Assembly (NCBI RefSeq): GCF_009914755.1
Contig: NC_060930.1
DNA: 64,000 nt
DNA from: the human T2T-CHM13v2.0 reference genome, Homo sapiens
Reading direction: 5' to 3' (one strand)
This document shows, one piece after another, positions 38,910 through 51,319 of the stretch. The stretch's first letter is position 1. Every line of letters starts with the position of its first letter. The translations under genes were made by a program, and so were the position numbers. Under the pieces are notes generated by a model that did not search any database, was not told the DNA's origin, and saw only the letters and a list, made by a program, of their open reading frames with translations.

Positions 38910-39852
38910 TGACTATCACAGCCTCTTGGTTGTTCCCTAATACCCATTTTCCTGTTCTTCCCTAGTAAGAATCCCCAATTGCACATGGTGAATATAGTTA
39001 ATAATAGAGTATTGTACATTTCAAAATTGCTAAGAGAGCGCACTTCAAATGTTCTCACTACAAAAGTGTTAAGTATTTGAGGTGATGGATATGTTAACTA
39101 ACTTGACATAATTATTCCACAATGTGTTTATAAATCAAAACATTCCTTTGTACCCCATAAATATATACAAATTGTAAATTTACAACAAAATATACAAATT
39201 TTAAAAAGAGAAAAGAAGTCCCAAGTGTTATTTGGCCAAAAGGCCACCCCCAAATAAAGACTGTATTTCCCAGCCTCCCTTGTACTCAGTTGCAGCCATG
39301 TGACTTAGTTCTAACCAAAGGGTTGTGAGTAAATGTCTATTATGTGATGACCCACAAGTATCCTTAGAGAAAGGTCATGCCTGTCTTTGCTCCTTCCTGC
39401 TTTCTACTGATTGGAATGTAGATGGGGTGGGTAGAGCTTGAGCAGTCATCTTGGACCATAAGGTGGTGGCCAGGTTTGAGAATGCAAAACAATAAGATGG
39501 AAGGAACCTGGGTATCTGGTGATCATGGCACCACCATATAGCCCTGAACTTCCCACAGTTTGTCTCTTTTTTCATTACAACTTTCTGTTTTAAATAGTTT
39601 AAGACTCATACGAACTTGTAAAAAATAGTATAAAGAGTTTCTATATACTCCTCACCCCATTTTCCCCATTGGTAACATATTACCTAGCCATAGCACAATT
39701 GACATTGGTACAATGCTGTTCACCCAAATATAGACCTTATCTCTGTATTTGTTACATGATAGAGAAAAAAAAATTCTATCTCATTTGGGCTACTTTGCAT
39801 TGTTTTGGTTTTATTTTTTATCACTCACAATGAAATCTTTTTCTAACTGATA
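38910..39852 (+). mobile_element. MLT1 (J-like) LTR interrupted by two L1 fragments
   Basis: ctgtatttcccagcctcccttg...gccatgtgact...gcagtcatcttggacc...ttctaactgata. L1 inserts at ~38981-39210 and ~39570-39740. Confidence 0.65.
38981..39210 (+). mobile_element. L1MA 3' end, 5'-truncated
   Basis: atagttaataata...gtattgtacatttcaaaattgctaagagag...gaggtgatggatatgttaa...taccccataaatatataca. Degenerate TSD aagaatccccaa / aagaagtcccaa. Confidence 0.85.
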
Positions 39853-42800
39853 TGAATTTCCAAAAAATATAAGGTGGCATCCCAGCCCCCTCCCTGAGAA
39901 ATGGATACAGTAGGCAGAAGGAGCTGACACAGACGCAGGGAACTAGAAAAACTTCAGGACAATGTAGAAAAGTCTTTTGAAACAGAGAGAGACACAGGAC
40001 TACGAAGTCATCTTTCCTTTCGATGGTGCTGAGAGAACTGTCCTCACCGGCCTCCTTACCCCACCACTGACTTTGCATCCTTGCCTCACCTTCCCTACCT
40101 CGGAGCTCACCTTTCTCATGCTAGAACCACCTGCATATCCACATCTTACCTACCCAGAGCTCTGCATCTCCCTGCCAATTCTTGGAGACTTAAGATTCTC
40201 ATTAGTATTGCCAGCTCCTGGCCCATCAGAGTCACATGTTGGGAGAGAGGAGTGAAGGCAGGTGACATTTGTTGGTATTTTCAACTCGGGTGAAAACAAA
40301 CAAATTGCACTGAAGTTAAATGTCAAAGGCCCCTGAGCACATTGCAAGGGAGAGAGGGAGGGAGGAGCACCTCCTCACAGGGGCAGCCTTTTCCTTGTCC
40401 CTGGGTGGGTGTGCATGGGGGATGCAACCGTGCTGGAAGCCTGCAAGGAGGGCAAAGTGTGCAGTGTTTGTCCAGTGTCCAGCTTCATCCCGTCATGGGC
40501 AGACTGGTTATACACGGGCAACACCAAGTGAGGACACTCATTTATTCTCCATCTATTTGCTGACAGAACATTTACTGAGAACTTACTACATACACAGTTG
40601 CTGTAATAGGTGCTGAGGGAAGCCAACTATGAAACAAATTTTCGCTGGCCTCCACCTCCAGGGAATAGATCTCCTTTAGAGAGGACATAAGATGTATAAA
40701 TATATAATGTAAGAAGCAAATGAGTATTATCTCGAGGAGTACAAAGTTCTTTGAATGCTCAGACAGAGGAGGAAGGAAGATCAGGGAAGAATTTCAGAAG
40801 CTTTGTCATGAGACCTGAAGGAGGGACAATATTTAGACATGCACAGATGTGGGCTATAGGTGCCACTCACCTCAAAGACACCATAAATGCATCTCCATGG
40901 ATATCACTATTAGCTTTGATATCATTGTTTCCTCAAACTAAAGAGAAGTGCACTAAGGGAACTAGACATGTGTGATATAATCTAGGAGAGGAGGTTTTGT
41001 TTGTTTTACTCCTTAATCCATGGGGGGATTTCTTTGGTCTGTGAACTGATTGAAATCGTATGCCACATTTTTTGTGATCATGCATTTTTCTGTAAAGAGC
41101 GCCCACAGCTTTCATTAGAATTTATGTGGTAGAGGTGACTTCTCCCAAAGTTCAATTCCTATTCCACAAGCTGGCAAGAAGTGGGGCCTCACTGAATCTT
41201 GGACCATTACTTGTCTGTCTGAATCTACTCCATGAAGAGAGGCTGGAGGTTTCTAGATGTGGTTCTTCCTGCACACCTGAGACCTGGGTTACATGCCTCA
41301 TCTGGAGAGACCCTAAAGCAGCTGCAGCTCAAGAGGGTGGGGCAAGAGATAAACAGGGGAAGGGACGAGACAAGCTCTTCCCCTGGGGCAAGCAGCATCT
41401 TCTGCTTACATCTGGCCCCATGGTGATTGAATTATCAATCCTCAGACTTAATGAGCACCTCTCTAGTCTGGCCACGCGGCCTGTGTTGGGGAGAGCAGAC
41501 ATTTCATTACTAGAATTCGGTGGTGCCGTGTGGATCCTGGTCTCCTGACAATTACGAGAAGGAGCTGTAGTGCCAGGCAGCAGCCTTGTGTTAACCTTAC
41601 CCTGTTAGAAACATGCCAACTCTCTGCCACTCCCTAGTCACATGTGTAGCTCTATGTGATCAGGGGAGGCAAGGTGCCCCTTCTAGGAGACCCAAAGTAC
41701 AAAACAAATGCCTTGTTTGGATGTTCCCTTGGGCCTGGACCATCTGGCTATCCAGAAATAATGAGAAGGCACATATGACACCTTTCCAGATTAGGATTAA
41801 GAAAGAAATGCACAGGCTGCTGCTGGACAATTTCTAGGAATCATCATCACTCCTTCATCTTTTTACTTCCAAGGGTATCTCTCCCAACTAAGATGACTTT
41901 ATGGATACCTCAGGTCACTGTAGTTATCACCATTATCTTCCCTCCTACACAAGGAGAAACAAAGGCACAGGGAAAAGGCCAGGGGCACTAGTAGAAGACT
42001 CTAGGAGGATGTCCGAAGTGTCTAATCTTACCACCCAGTGAAGGTCTTCCAAGAATCAAGGGCAAAGTGTAGATCAGAATTGTTGTGTCATGTGACAATG
42101 CATGTCAGAGTTTCTCTAGGTCACCCTGCCTCATGTCCATGGCATCACCTGGCCTCAAGGACAGAGTCATGGCTGGTCAATATCAAAAGCCCAAGGCCAA
42201 CCAAATCTTGGGTCAACCATGCCATAGGACTGCTCCCGTGATATTGCTGACATCCCAAACCAACAACAATTTAGAATTAGCCACATCAGTTAGCAAAGTC
42301 ATGATAGCCAGTGGTGTCTCCAGTCAGGGTTAGAATGTCACTCCCTGCATTAGTGAGTCCTGAGCACTGCTGGATTATTACTTCAGAGCATCCTGACATG
42401 AAGGAAAGAGAAGTACATTTCAGCTTGTGGCCGTGTGATCCTCCCTAAATTCTCCACCCTGGAAGCCAGAACAACTGAGGGATTTGACCCACTTAATTGT
42501 TTCACCAAGTCCAGAAAAACTTAGTGATGGGTGACAGGTCTCTGAAAAGAGCCACACAGACCACAAGTAGCATAGAAATGACTGAGGACATAAGGGAGGT
42601 TCCTTTGAAGCCAACCGTATGAACATTATGGAATTATCCTTCTCCCCCAATACTTCCTTAGCACACAGAGAGGAGGTCACACAAAGAGAAGGTCACACAA
42701 AGAGAGAGAGAGAAGGAAGCAGAGGGTGAGAAAGAGGAATAGGGGAAGGGGAGAGGGAGAGGAAGAGAATATACACAAGGAACTTTAGAAAGAGAAATTC

Positions 42801-43393
42801 CAGCATATCACACTAGCCCCCTAGGGCAAGAGATTTGGTTGTAGCCTCCGGCAACTTATGTAAAATAAGAGTGACTCTTTGCTAGGTGTAAGAGATGAGC
42901 CCCATGGCAAACTGCATTGACAAAATAGGTGACTCTTCCTCAATGGGAATGTTCTATGGCACCCTGCTTCAGGCTACAGAAGGGTCCTGATCACTATTGC
43001 AGGTAGAGACTCCAGCTCTCTCCAAGAAGAAACATAAAGTCTTTCCCTGTTGTGTACCCTGCAGGGAACTGTCACTCTAGAAATGTCATTGATTATGTCA
43101 ATAGGGTTGGAAGGAAAAAGGAAGAGAAGTATTGGAGAGTGAAGATGTGGCAATAGGGTTGAGGGCAAAGGAGAAACTAATTGGCTGGCTTTGATATTCT
43201 CATTGTGCATTGACGTGGCACAATGTGGGGGATAGATGAATGACATCTCATCTCTCTCTAGCTTTAAGGATCCTAAGCATCCATGTAACAAGGATCACCC
43301 CACAACACCCACCGCAACCACCCTTAGCAATGCCAGGCCCACCACCACCCACCACTCCTCAATAGGGTCAACACCATTGTTACTCCCCCAAGC

Positions 43394-43396
<3 letters not shown>

Positions 43397-43436
<40 letters not shown>
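43397..43436 (+). repeat. (AC)20 microsatellite
   Basis: Seen directly. Confidence 0.97.
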
Positions 43437-43438
<2 letters not shown>

Positions 43439-44009
43439 CCCTTTGAGTTGACTTTGCAAACACACATACCTCTCTTTGAGTTGACTTTGATATCCAGATT
43501 TTCTTTCCTCTGAGTTAAAAAGACACTCTTTTCCTCCAAAGACATTAGCCTAGAGGGAAGCATGATCAGAACTGGGTGATATGCAGGAGTATTTTGAGTT
43601 TTACTCACATCACTCACAGGGTTTTTAATTTGCTGAGGGCATGTTTTGTGCCCAAGGATCAGTAAGTCACTGATACTGACGACTCTCTACAACAAACTAA
43701 TTTCAAGGCTCTTTCGGATGTGCCAAAGCTCAAAGCAAAATGTTCCCATAAACATCCAGGCCCTGTCCATTGTCTCATCAGATTCAAAACACCTGCTAGC
43801 CTCTCCCTGTCTCTCCCTGCTTCAGGTAAACCCTCCAGTCCCTGTGTGGTTTTTGTGCTGGACTGTCTCTCTACGCCATCTCATCTTGCTAGGAATGACT
43901 CTGGGTTCCCTGAAGTGGGGTCTCCTGTATAGTTGGGATGCTCCAGACCAAGACCATTGATCATTTAAAACCTCCTTGGATGTCTAACATGCTCAATCTT
44001 ATGGATAAT

Positions 44010-45010
44010 TAAGGAAATGCAAAGGAAAACACTTTAATTTCATTTTTTCCCAAGAGTTTGGTAGAGACAAAGATGTTTGATAATAGCCAGTGCTGGTGAG
44101 GCTGTAGGCAAACAAACACAGCCAAACACTGTTAGGGCTGTTGGGGAGGGAGGTGCAAATTAGACAAATTCTTGAAAGACAATTTGGAAATATCTATAGA
44201 AATTTTAATGCTGTCCTGGGTGCATCTAGTTGGGGATGGTGTCATGGGTGGTAAAATTTACCAAGACAGTTGTAGGTAAAGAAAGGCAGATTAGAGAAAG
44301 TATGAAAATATGTTTCAAGGGTGCAATGGGCAGCACAGCAGAGAAGGGCTGTCTGCAAAGAGCCTGGGGCTGCAGGGAAGTTTTATAGGGTCATGCTGGA
44401 GGGGGTACGTGCAGAAGGAGGTCATTGTACCCTCAAATCATTTGTGATTGGCCATCTCTCAGAACAATTGCTCATTTTTCTCCCCTACCTAGGCCCTCCC
44501 CTACCTGGGGCCCCTTCCTTGTTCTTCTTTACTTATCTTATCAGGACTCTACACTATCCACTCTTTGATCCAGCAATTTCACATCTAGAAATTTATTCTG
44601 CACAGATACTTGTACTTACACACAAAAATTAGATATAAGAATTTTGTTATAGCATTGTTTATAAGAGCCAAAGACTATATATAACTTAAATATTTACCTA
44701 TAGCTTACCCATATGTGAAATGCTGAGTTGCAAAACCTAATGCATAGTGAGATCCTATTTGTATCCCTGAAAAGGACACATACACACAAACACACACATA
44801 AGCACATCTATTTATCTTCTATATGCTGTCAATGTATAAGCCAGAAATTTTTTGAAAGGTTTCTCTTAGAGCTGTAACTGGGAATCTAGGACATAAAAAA
44901 GACGTCCTTTTTATTATACACACTTTTGCACTGTTCCCATTTTTTAAATTTAAATCTATTGCTTTTATAATAAGAAGAAACTATTTGTAAAGTAAATAAC
45001 TGAAATAAAA
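44010..45010 (+). mobile_element. Old L1M (L1ME-like) fragment split by an ERV1 LTR
   Basis: aattaaggaaatgcaaa...cagtgctggtgaggctgtagg...ctttgatccagcaatttcacatctag...agcattgtttataagagc. Confidence 0.7.
44212..44553 (-). mobile_element. ERV1 solo LTR (MER83/MER84-like)
   Basis: aatttaccaagacagttgtaggtaaagaaaggcaga. Minus strand starts TGTAGAGTCCTGATAAGATAAG. No clean TSD. Confidence 0.65.
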
Positions 45011-45611
45011 TGTATACCTCTTGACTGTTTCCCCTCCTCTTTATTCTCATGGTTTCTGCCTTGGAGTCATGCTTTCCTCTCACTTGGCTTATCACAGTAG
45101 CTTTCTGTCACTCCTCAATATGCAATGCCTGTGCATCTCTGAGACTACTTTGCACCACTCTACCAAACACATCATGATCTCATGGCCTCACCTGCCCCTC
45201 AGACCACCAGCTGTTTGCTCCACCTCGGTTGTCACCTCAGCAGAACATTTCCATGCAGCCATGTGGATTCCATGTGGGGTCTGGCATAAGCCCCCACACC
45301 ACCTTGTGGCATGAGATCTGGCTTCAAGAGCAGACCCTTAAGGGGCCAATGACACAACCTGGAAGTGCAGGGGCGTTAACTCCTTATGGGGTACTAGCCA
45401 ATGGAAATATCCTAAAATGGAGATAAAAGTATTACATATTCCCCCCAGGGCTCTCAAACAAGCCAGCAATTATCCCAGCTTTATTCACTCTAAAGGACTG
45501 TGCAAACCTGAGGATTTACCATGCAGCAGCAGCAGTATCACTATCATCTTTATTGTGTTATTTTGTGGCCTTGAGCACACACATAAGAGCACAAGATATC
45601 AGAAGGGGAGG

Positions 45612-46171
45612 AGGTGGGACTTGTCAATATGATGGGTGTGATGGGGTACCATTTCTGTGATTACATGACATTGCAGGGCAGAGGAAGTTTTGCAGATGTT
45701 ATTAATGAAGGTCCCTCATCAATTGACTTTAAGTTAATCATAAGGGAGATTATCCTGGGTGGGCCTGACCTAATTAGGTGAGCCCACAGAAGGGACTCAG
45801 CCCTTGCTGAAGTCATGGAGATTCAAAGTGGGAGAGATGTTTCTCTTTCTGGCTTTGATGGTGCAAACTAGCATGTTGTGGAGAAGGCCATGCAGCTGGG
45901 AGTGGTAGGCAGCCCCTAGGAAGAAGGAGAGACCCGCAGGTTGACAGCCTGCAAGAGAGAAGGGGCCTCAGTTCTACAACTTCAAGGAACTGAATTCTGC
46001 CAACTTAGAAGTAGATATTCCCCTAGAATCAAGCCTACAGATAAGAATTCCTTGACTTCAGCTGTGTGAGACCCTGAGCAAAGAAGTCACAGAAACTGCA
46101 AGGCAGTAAACCTGTGTTGCTTTAAGCCAAGTTCCTGCTAATTCATTATGCAATAACAAAAAACTAACACA
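45612..46171 (+). mobile_element. MLT1E-like MaLR LTR, apparently lacking its 5' terminus
   Basis: ttgactttaagttaatcataagggagattatcctgggtgggcctgacctaat...aaggaactgaattctgccaac...aaactaacaca. Confidence 0.8.
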
Positions 46172-47371
46172 TACCCAGAAGTGTGAATTCATTTCAGACT
46201 GAAAGAAGGAGGCAGATAACTGCTTGGAAAGCCAGAGGAGAAGGACAATGAACTCCTAGGAAATGAATCTAGGAAAGAGAGACTGAGAGAAACTAGACCC
46301 AGGTATGTCGATGACATGTGTTTCCTAAGCCTGAAGTAGCCTACTCTGTAGCTAGCCTGAGTACTTAGGGTCACTGATCTCTTTGAATCTTGTGCTCTTG
46401 TGTGTGGCCAAGGCCACAAAATAATGATCGTGCTGCTGCTGCGTGGCAATGCCTTGTGTTTGCACAGCCCTTTAAAGTTAACAAAGCTGGCATATTGGTT
46501 GGCTTGTTTGATTCTCTAAGATCCCTGAAGGGAATATTTAATACTTTTATCTCCATTTTACAAATGAAGAAAATGAAAACAGATTGTTGAGGGCTCTCCA
46601 TAGTTACACAGTTATTAAAGGCTGTCCAGGACTCAGACCTGAGGCTCACGACTCCCTCTCCAAGGAAGGAGAGAAAAGGGAAGGGTGAAAAGCAGTAGCT
46701 ATGCTCCTTGGGTCAAGGACACAAGAACCAGCCTCAGAGGCAGCCCAACTCCCACTTGGTTGTAGTCATTTTGGCACCTAGGGAAAAATAGCATTCCCAG
46801 AATCACCACACATGCTTTTCTCTAACCAGGAACACACCAACCACGCAGCTCTTCATCTTTCAGCTCAGTGAAGGATAGGGGTGGTCACCATCCAATCCCC
46901 TCCAACCATCCCAAACCACCTCCCCTGCACCCCTCCCCACCACCCTTTCCTCTGTTCTCTCCTCCTCCTCTTCCCCTATCAAAACATACCTGTTCTAATT
47001 CCTAGTCTCTGCTCACTAAGAATATCATCACCATATGGAGGTAGAAATGGATAACAATGGCTTACATTTCTGTCTGTAAGCCAAGAGAGATGTGTATATT
47101 TTAAGAGTTTTTTCCTTAGAGTCCTAATCCAAAGGAGGGATCTTAAATATGTGGATTTAGGGCCTTGAAATATAGGTAAGCTGCTTACTCTGGAAGAAAG
47201 CCCGTCATTCCACAAGGAAGTTTGGGGGAGAAAAAGGGATTAACCTTTTTCTCCCCCAAAATAGCTATCTTGTTAGTCACATGTATAAATATTTTCTGTT
47301 ATACCAAGGGAAATGTAGGTGGAGCTTGCCTTATTGTCAGCATAAGGTTACATCAGAAATGAGAAAACTCA

Positions 47372-47543
47372 GGCCAGAGTCAGTGGCTCACACCTGTAAT
47401 CCCAGCACCTTGAGAGGCTGAGGCAGGAGAAATCACTTGAGCCTAGGAGGTTAAGGCTGCAGTGAGCCATGATCATACCTCTGCACTCCAGCCTAGGCAA
47501 CAAAGAAAGACCCTGTTTAAAAAAAAAAAAAAAAAAAAAAAAA
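47372..47543 (+). mobile_element. Free Alu monomer (FRAM-like) with a long A tail
   Basis: Single monomer ggccagagtcagtggctcacacctgtaatccc...gcagtgagccatgatc...ccctgtttaaaaa. Confidence 0.85.
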
Positions 47544-47624
47544 GAGAGGGAGAGAAAGGAGATGATAAAATTCTGTAAAAACCTGAAGGTGCCATGATTT
47601 ACCATGGGATCTTGTGCAAACATG

Positions 47625-48010
47625 TGTGGTAGATGTGATGAATGCTCACCAGTATCCAGCTCTCCTCCCCTTCTAGACAAAACTTCTCAGCGCTCTTGCA
47701 GGTCTGAGAGCTCTGTGACTGCATTTGGCCAATGAAATATAAGCAAAATCAATGTGTGTGATTGACAGATATGATCATCCAGCCCCTTTCCTGTCCTGCC
47801 ATGAGGGTCAAGGGGGCTGGGCAGTCCAGAAGTTGTAGCTACAGGAGAATGAAGCTATCATTAGCCTGGATTGTTTAGGGCCACATATAGGACAGCTGCC
47901 CTTAAGAGTCATTCAGGCCCATAGTGGATTTTGTGAGGGTGATAAATAAACATTTGTTGTGTAAGATTGGAGGCCGCTTGTTACTAAAGCATAATCTAGT
48001 TATTCTAATT
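47625..48010 (+). mobile_element. Old MLT1 LTR
   Basis: tgtgactgcatttggccaatgaaatataagc...aataaacatttgttgtgtaag...ttgttactaaagcataa. Confidence 0.6.
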
Positions 48011-48479
48011 AATAGATCTCTTAACTTCACTGAGGCTGTTTTCTTTAACATGTGGAGAAACCCTGCCCAGCCTTCATTCTAGGGTGGCAGTGAGGAACAG
48101 ATGAAACCACTGATAACTGCTTTGTAGTAAACACGAATGTATAAATTATGCCAGGTTAGATCAAGTAATGGGCAATTTGCCGGAATGATTTCACTGCAAT
48201 TGGTGCAGGCAGTGATAAGCCTCACACATTAGGGAGCAGGGAGAGCTAGGCAGTGGATACTTTTATTTTAAAAAAGTACTATTTAGGAGCAGCAAAAAGT
48301 CCAAAGTTCTCTGAGAACAGCCATACATGTCAGTCTAGGGCTGTCCACTGCACTCTACACGTTGGTTTCTATATCCTGGCTATGTTGACGGGTGATAGTC
48401 CAGAGCAACATAAAGTCTCAGCTTTCTCCATTTCCCCAGCAGTGAGATAGAGCAGAATCACTAATCACCCTTCCTTCCA

Positions 48480-48894
48480 TGCTAACAGACCCCATCCCTC
48501 CTCCAGGGTTGCTTGGGCAAATGGTACCAGCCTCTCCTAGAATGGCAATGTGACCTTGTGTTCTCCCAAGGAAAGTGTGCAGCAGTGATGAACGCAACTT
48601 CTTCATCCCTTGCTTTAAACAAAAACTGTTCTTCTTGGCTTCTCTTTCCAATTCCCAGGAGCTGGGTAGTTGCCAGCCACCCAGCCCCAACAACACAGAT
48701 GAGCCCAGCACCCAAGGGGTTTGAACCATAAGATAGAAGAATCCTGGGTCTGAATGACTGTCCAGCACAACTGACCCCACCAGCTGGCACCAACTAGACT
48801 GCTCTGTGAGAGGAAAATACACTTCCGTCTTATTTAAGCCATTCTCTTTTCAGACTCTTTGTTACAGCAACTTTACCTTATCCTAACTGATACA
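48480..48894 (+). mobile_element. Old MLT1 LTR (3' part)
   Basis: tatttaagccatt...ctctttgttacagcaa...tcctaactgataca terminus. Confidence 0.6.
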
Positions 48895-51001
48895 CTGGAT
48901 TAAAAGATGCTACAACAAATGTTTTAGTTTATTTCATACGTGGTTTCCAAGAACTCATGAGACCAACATAACAAAAAGTCTTTCTGGTTTGTAAACTGGG
49001 CTAAAGATCTCTACCTTCCCTAAGAAGGAAAGCCAGGTCCCTGGACTAGGCAGGCAGGTTGGAGGGCACTGAAGGGTGCCCTTTGGGTCTCACTGTCTCA
49101 TTCTCATTTCCCCCAAGAATCCAAGGAAATTGTTTCTTTACCTTGGCCACCACATTTTCAACAAAGTGAACAAAGTCTATGATGGAGAAGTCATAAGAGT
49201 AATAGGCCAGAGGAACTTCAATTGTGAGGGACGATGTGTTCCCCTGGTCTCTCTACCCAAGGGGTGACCAAATAGAGTAAGAAGCTTGGAGAGGTTGTGT
49301 GTGACACATAACTCCTTAGTAAATTGCAAACACTGTCTTTTTACAGTAAATTATGATGTGTCAAGTATAGACAAAACATGTGTGTTTTGCTATGGACTTC
49401 TCTCCATGAACACTTCACCATTCCCTGCTTCCTACTGTCCTCCCCTCTCATCTCTGCAGGGCCTAATCCTATCAGTCTTTCAGGGCCCAGAACAAATGCT
49501 ATCTCTTCTCCCTTGAAAAATCTGCATGTTCCCTACAACCAGGTCAGTTGCTCCCATGTCCAAATACCAAGGCACTTTCACCTATGCTTCTTTTGGGATG
49601 CTTGGCACTATGTGCCTTCTGGATGGGTTGGTGAAGACACACAGCAAAGACTTGTGGTTTGGATGGAGGGAGGACCTTTTAATGAGAACATTTAATCTTT
49701 GTCTCTGGCTAGGGGCCTCATACATTATTTCGCCTAATTCTTATATCAACTCTATGAGTCGGGCACTATTAAGAGCACCAAGAGGTGAAGTCACTCACTC
49801 ATGGTCACCCAGCTAACAACTAGGGAGGAAGAAATTCAAACCTAGGAAGCTGCAATTGCAAGCCAATATTTATAACCACTGTAAAACGCTGCCCTCATTC
49901 TTGACAGGGACAAATGGGTGCCCATGAAGCTGGGCTCAAGGAAAATATTGATGGCAGAGAAGGTGGCTGCAACCAGGAGCGGTTGGAAGTTCAGAAGTCC
50001 CCATGTGGACTCTTGTGGAGTCTCCTCACAGGGGGTCCTTCCAGAAGCTCCTATTGACAGCAGGCCTGAGCTTTGAGTTAGTCAACCGAGACAGTGAAAC
50101 TACTCTGTCAATTAAGTCAAACATCTGGTTAATGCAGTGAAAAATCAGTCACCAGGGTTCTGGCCACAGACCCAGGACTTCTTCCAGGCTGTAGACTCTT
50201 CCCCAGTCCCCTGCAGATGGAAGAGATGCTTCTTTAATTCCCAGACCCGGATTTGCATGCTCCTTTCTGATTGGTTGGTGAGGCTCTCATATAATCTTGT
50301 TCTATGGACCTACCATGAGCATAGGAGGGGCAAATTCTATGGCCTCTGAAATGAGCATTAGAATGGAGAGCTGGATTCAGCCCAGATCCCAAAGCACATT
50401 CCCAAGCCGTGTACTAAGTTCTGTGCTGCCTGCTGTAGAAATGCAAATTGCCATAATAAATGCCAATTATCCCAATTACCTCTAATTGTCTGGCTTATGT
50501 AGCAAGAGCATTACCATAGGAGAGGCCTACAAGGGAGAGGGTGTATTTAACAGAATACCCTATCCAGGGAGCTGGGTTATAAATGAAGTAGGTGAGCTGG
50601 CCCAGAAAGCCCCCTCCATAGCCCCTGGGATAGATCACCACAGAAAGATGAGGAGACTTCATAGTCTCCCAGCTGCTTGAGGACAGCACTGATGCAGTGA
50701 CATCTTTATGCAATGGTCATTAAATGTTATTTTAAAAAGTTGGCCAAGTGCTGGAGAGATAAGCGCAGAGAATATATGCTTGTTCCCTATGCCTCTTCCT
50801 TCTGGCCAGCTGAGTCTACGGAACAACTAGGGGAGAGGGTAGGCTATTGAATGAAACAATGACATTATTTTCCATCATTGTAATGTAACATTTGATTCAT
50901 TCATTTATTTAATCAACCAGCCAGGCAATCAGGAAGCATACACTATATACCAAGCATCTGGAAACAGCATTTTGAGCTGAAAAGTGACATTAGAAATTTT
51001 A

Positions 51002-51319
<318 letters not shown>

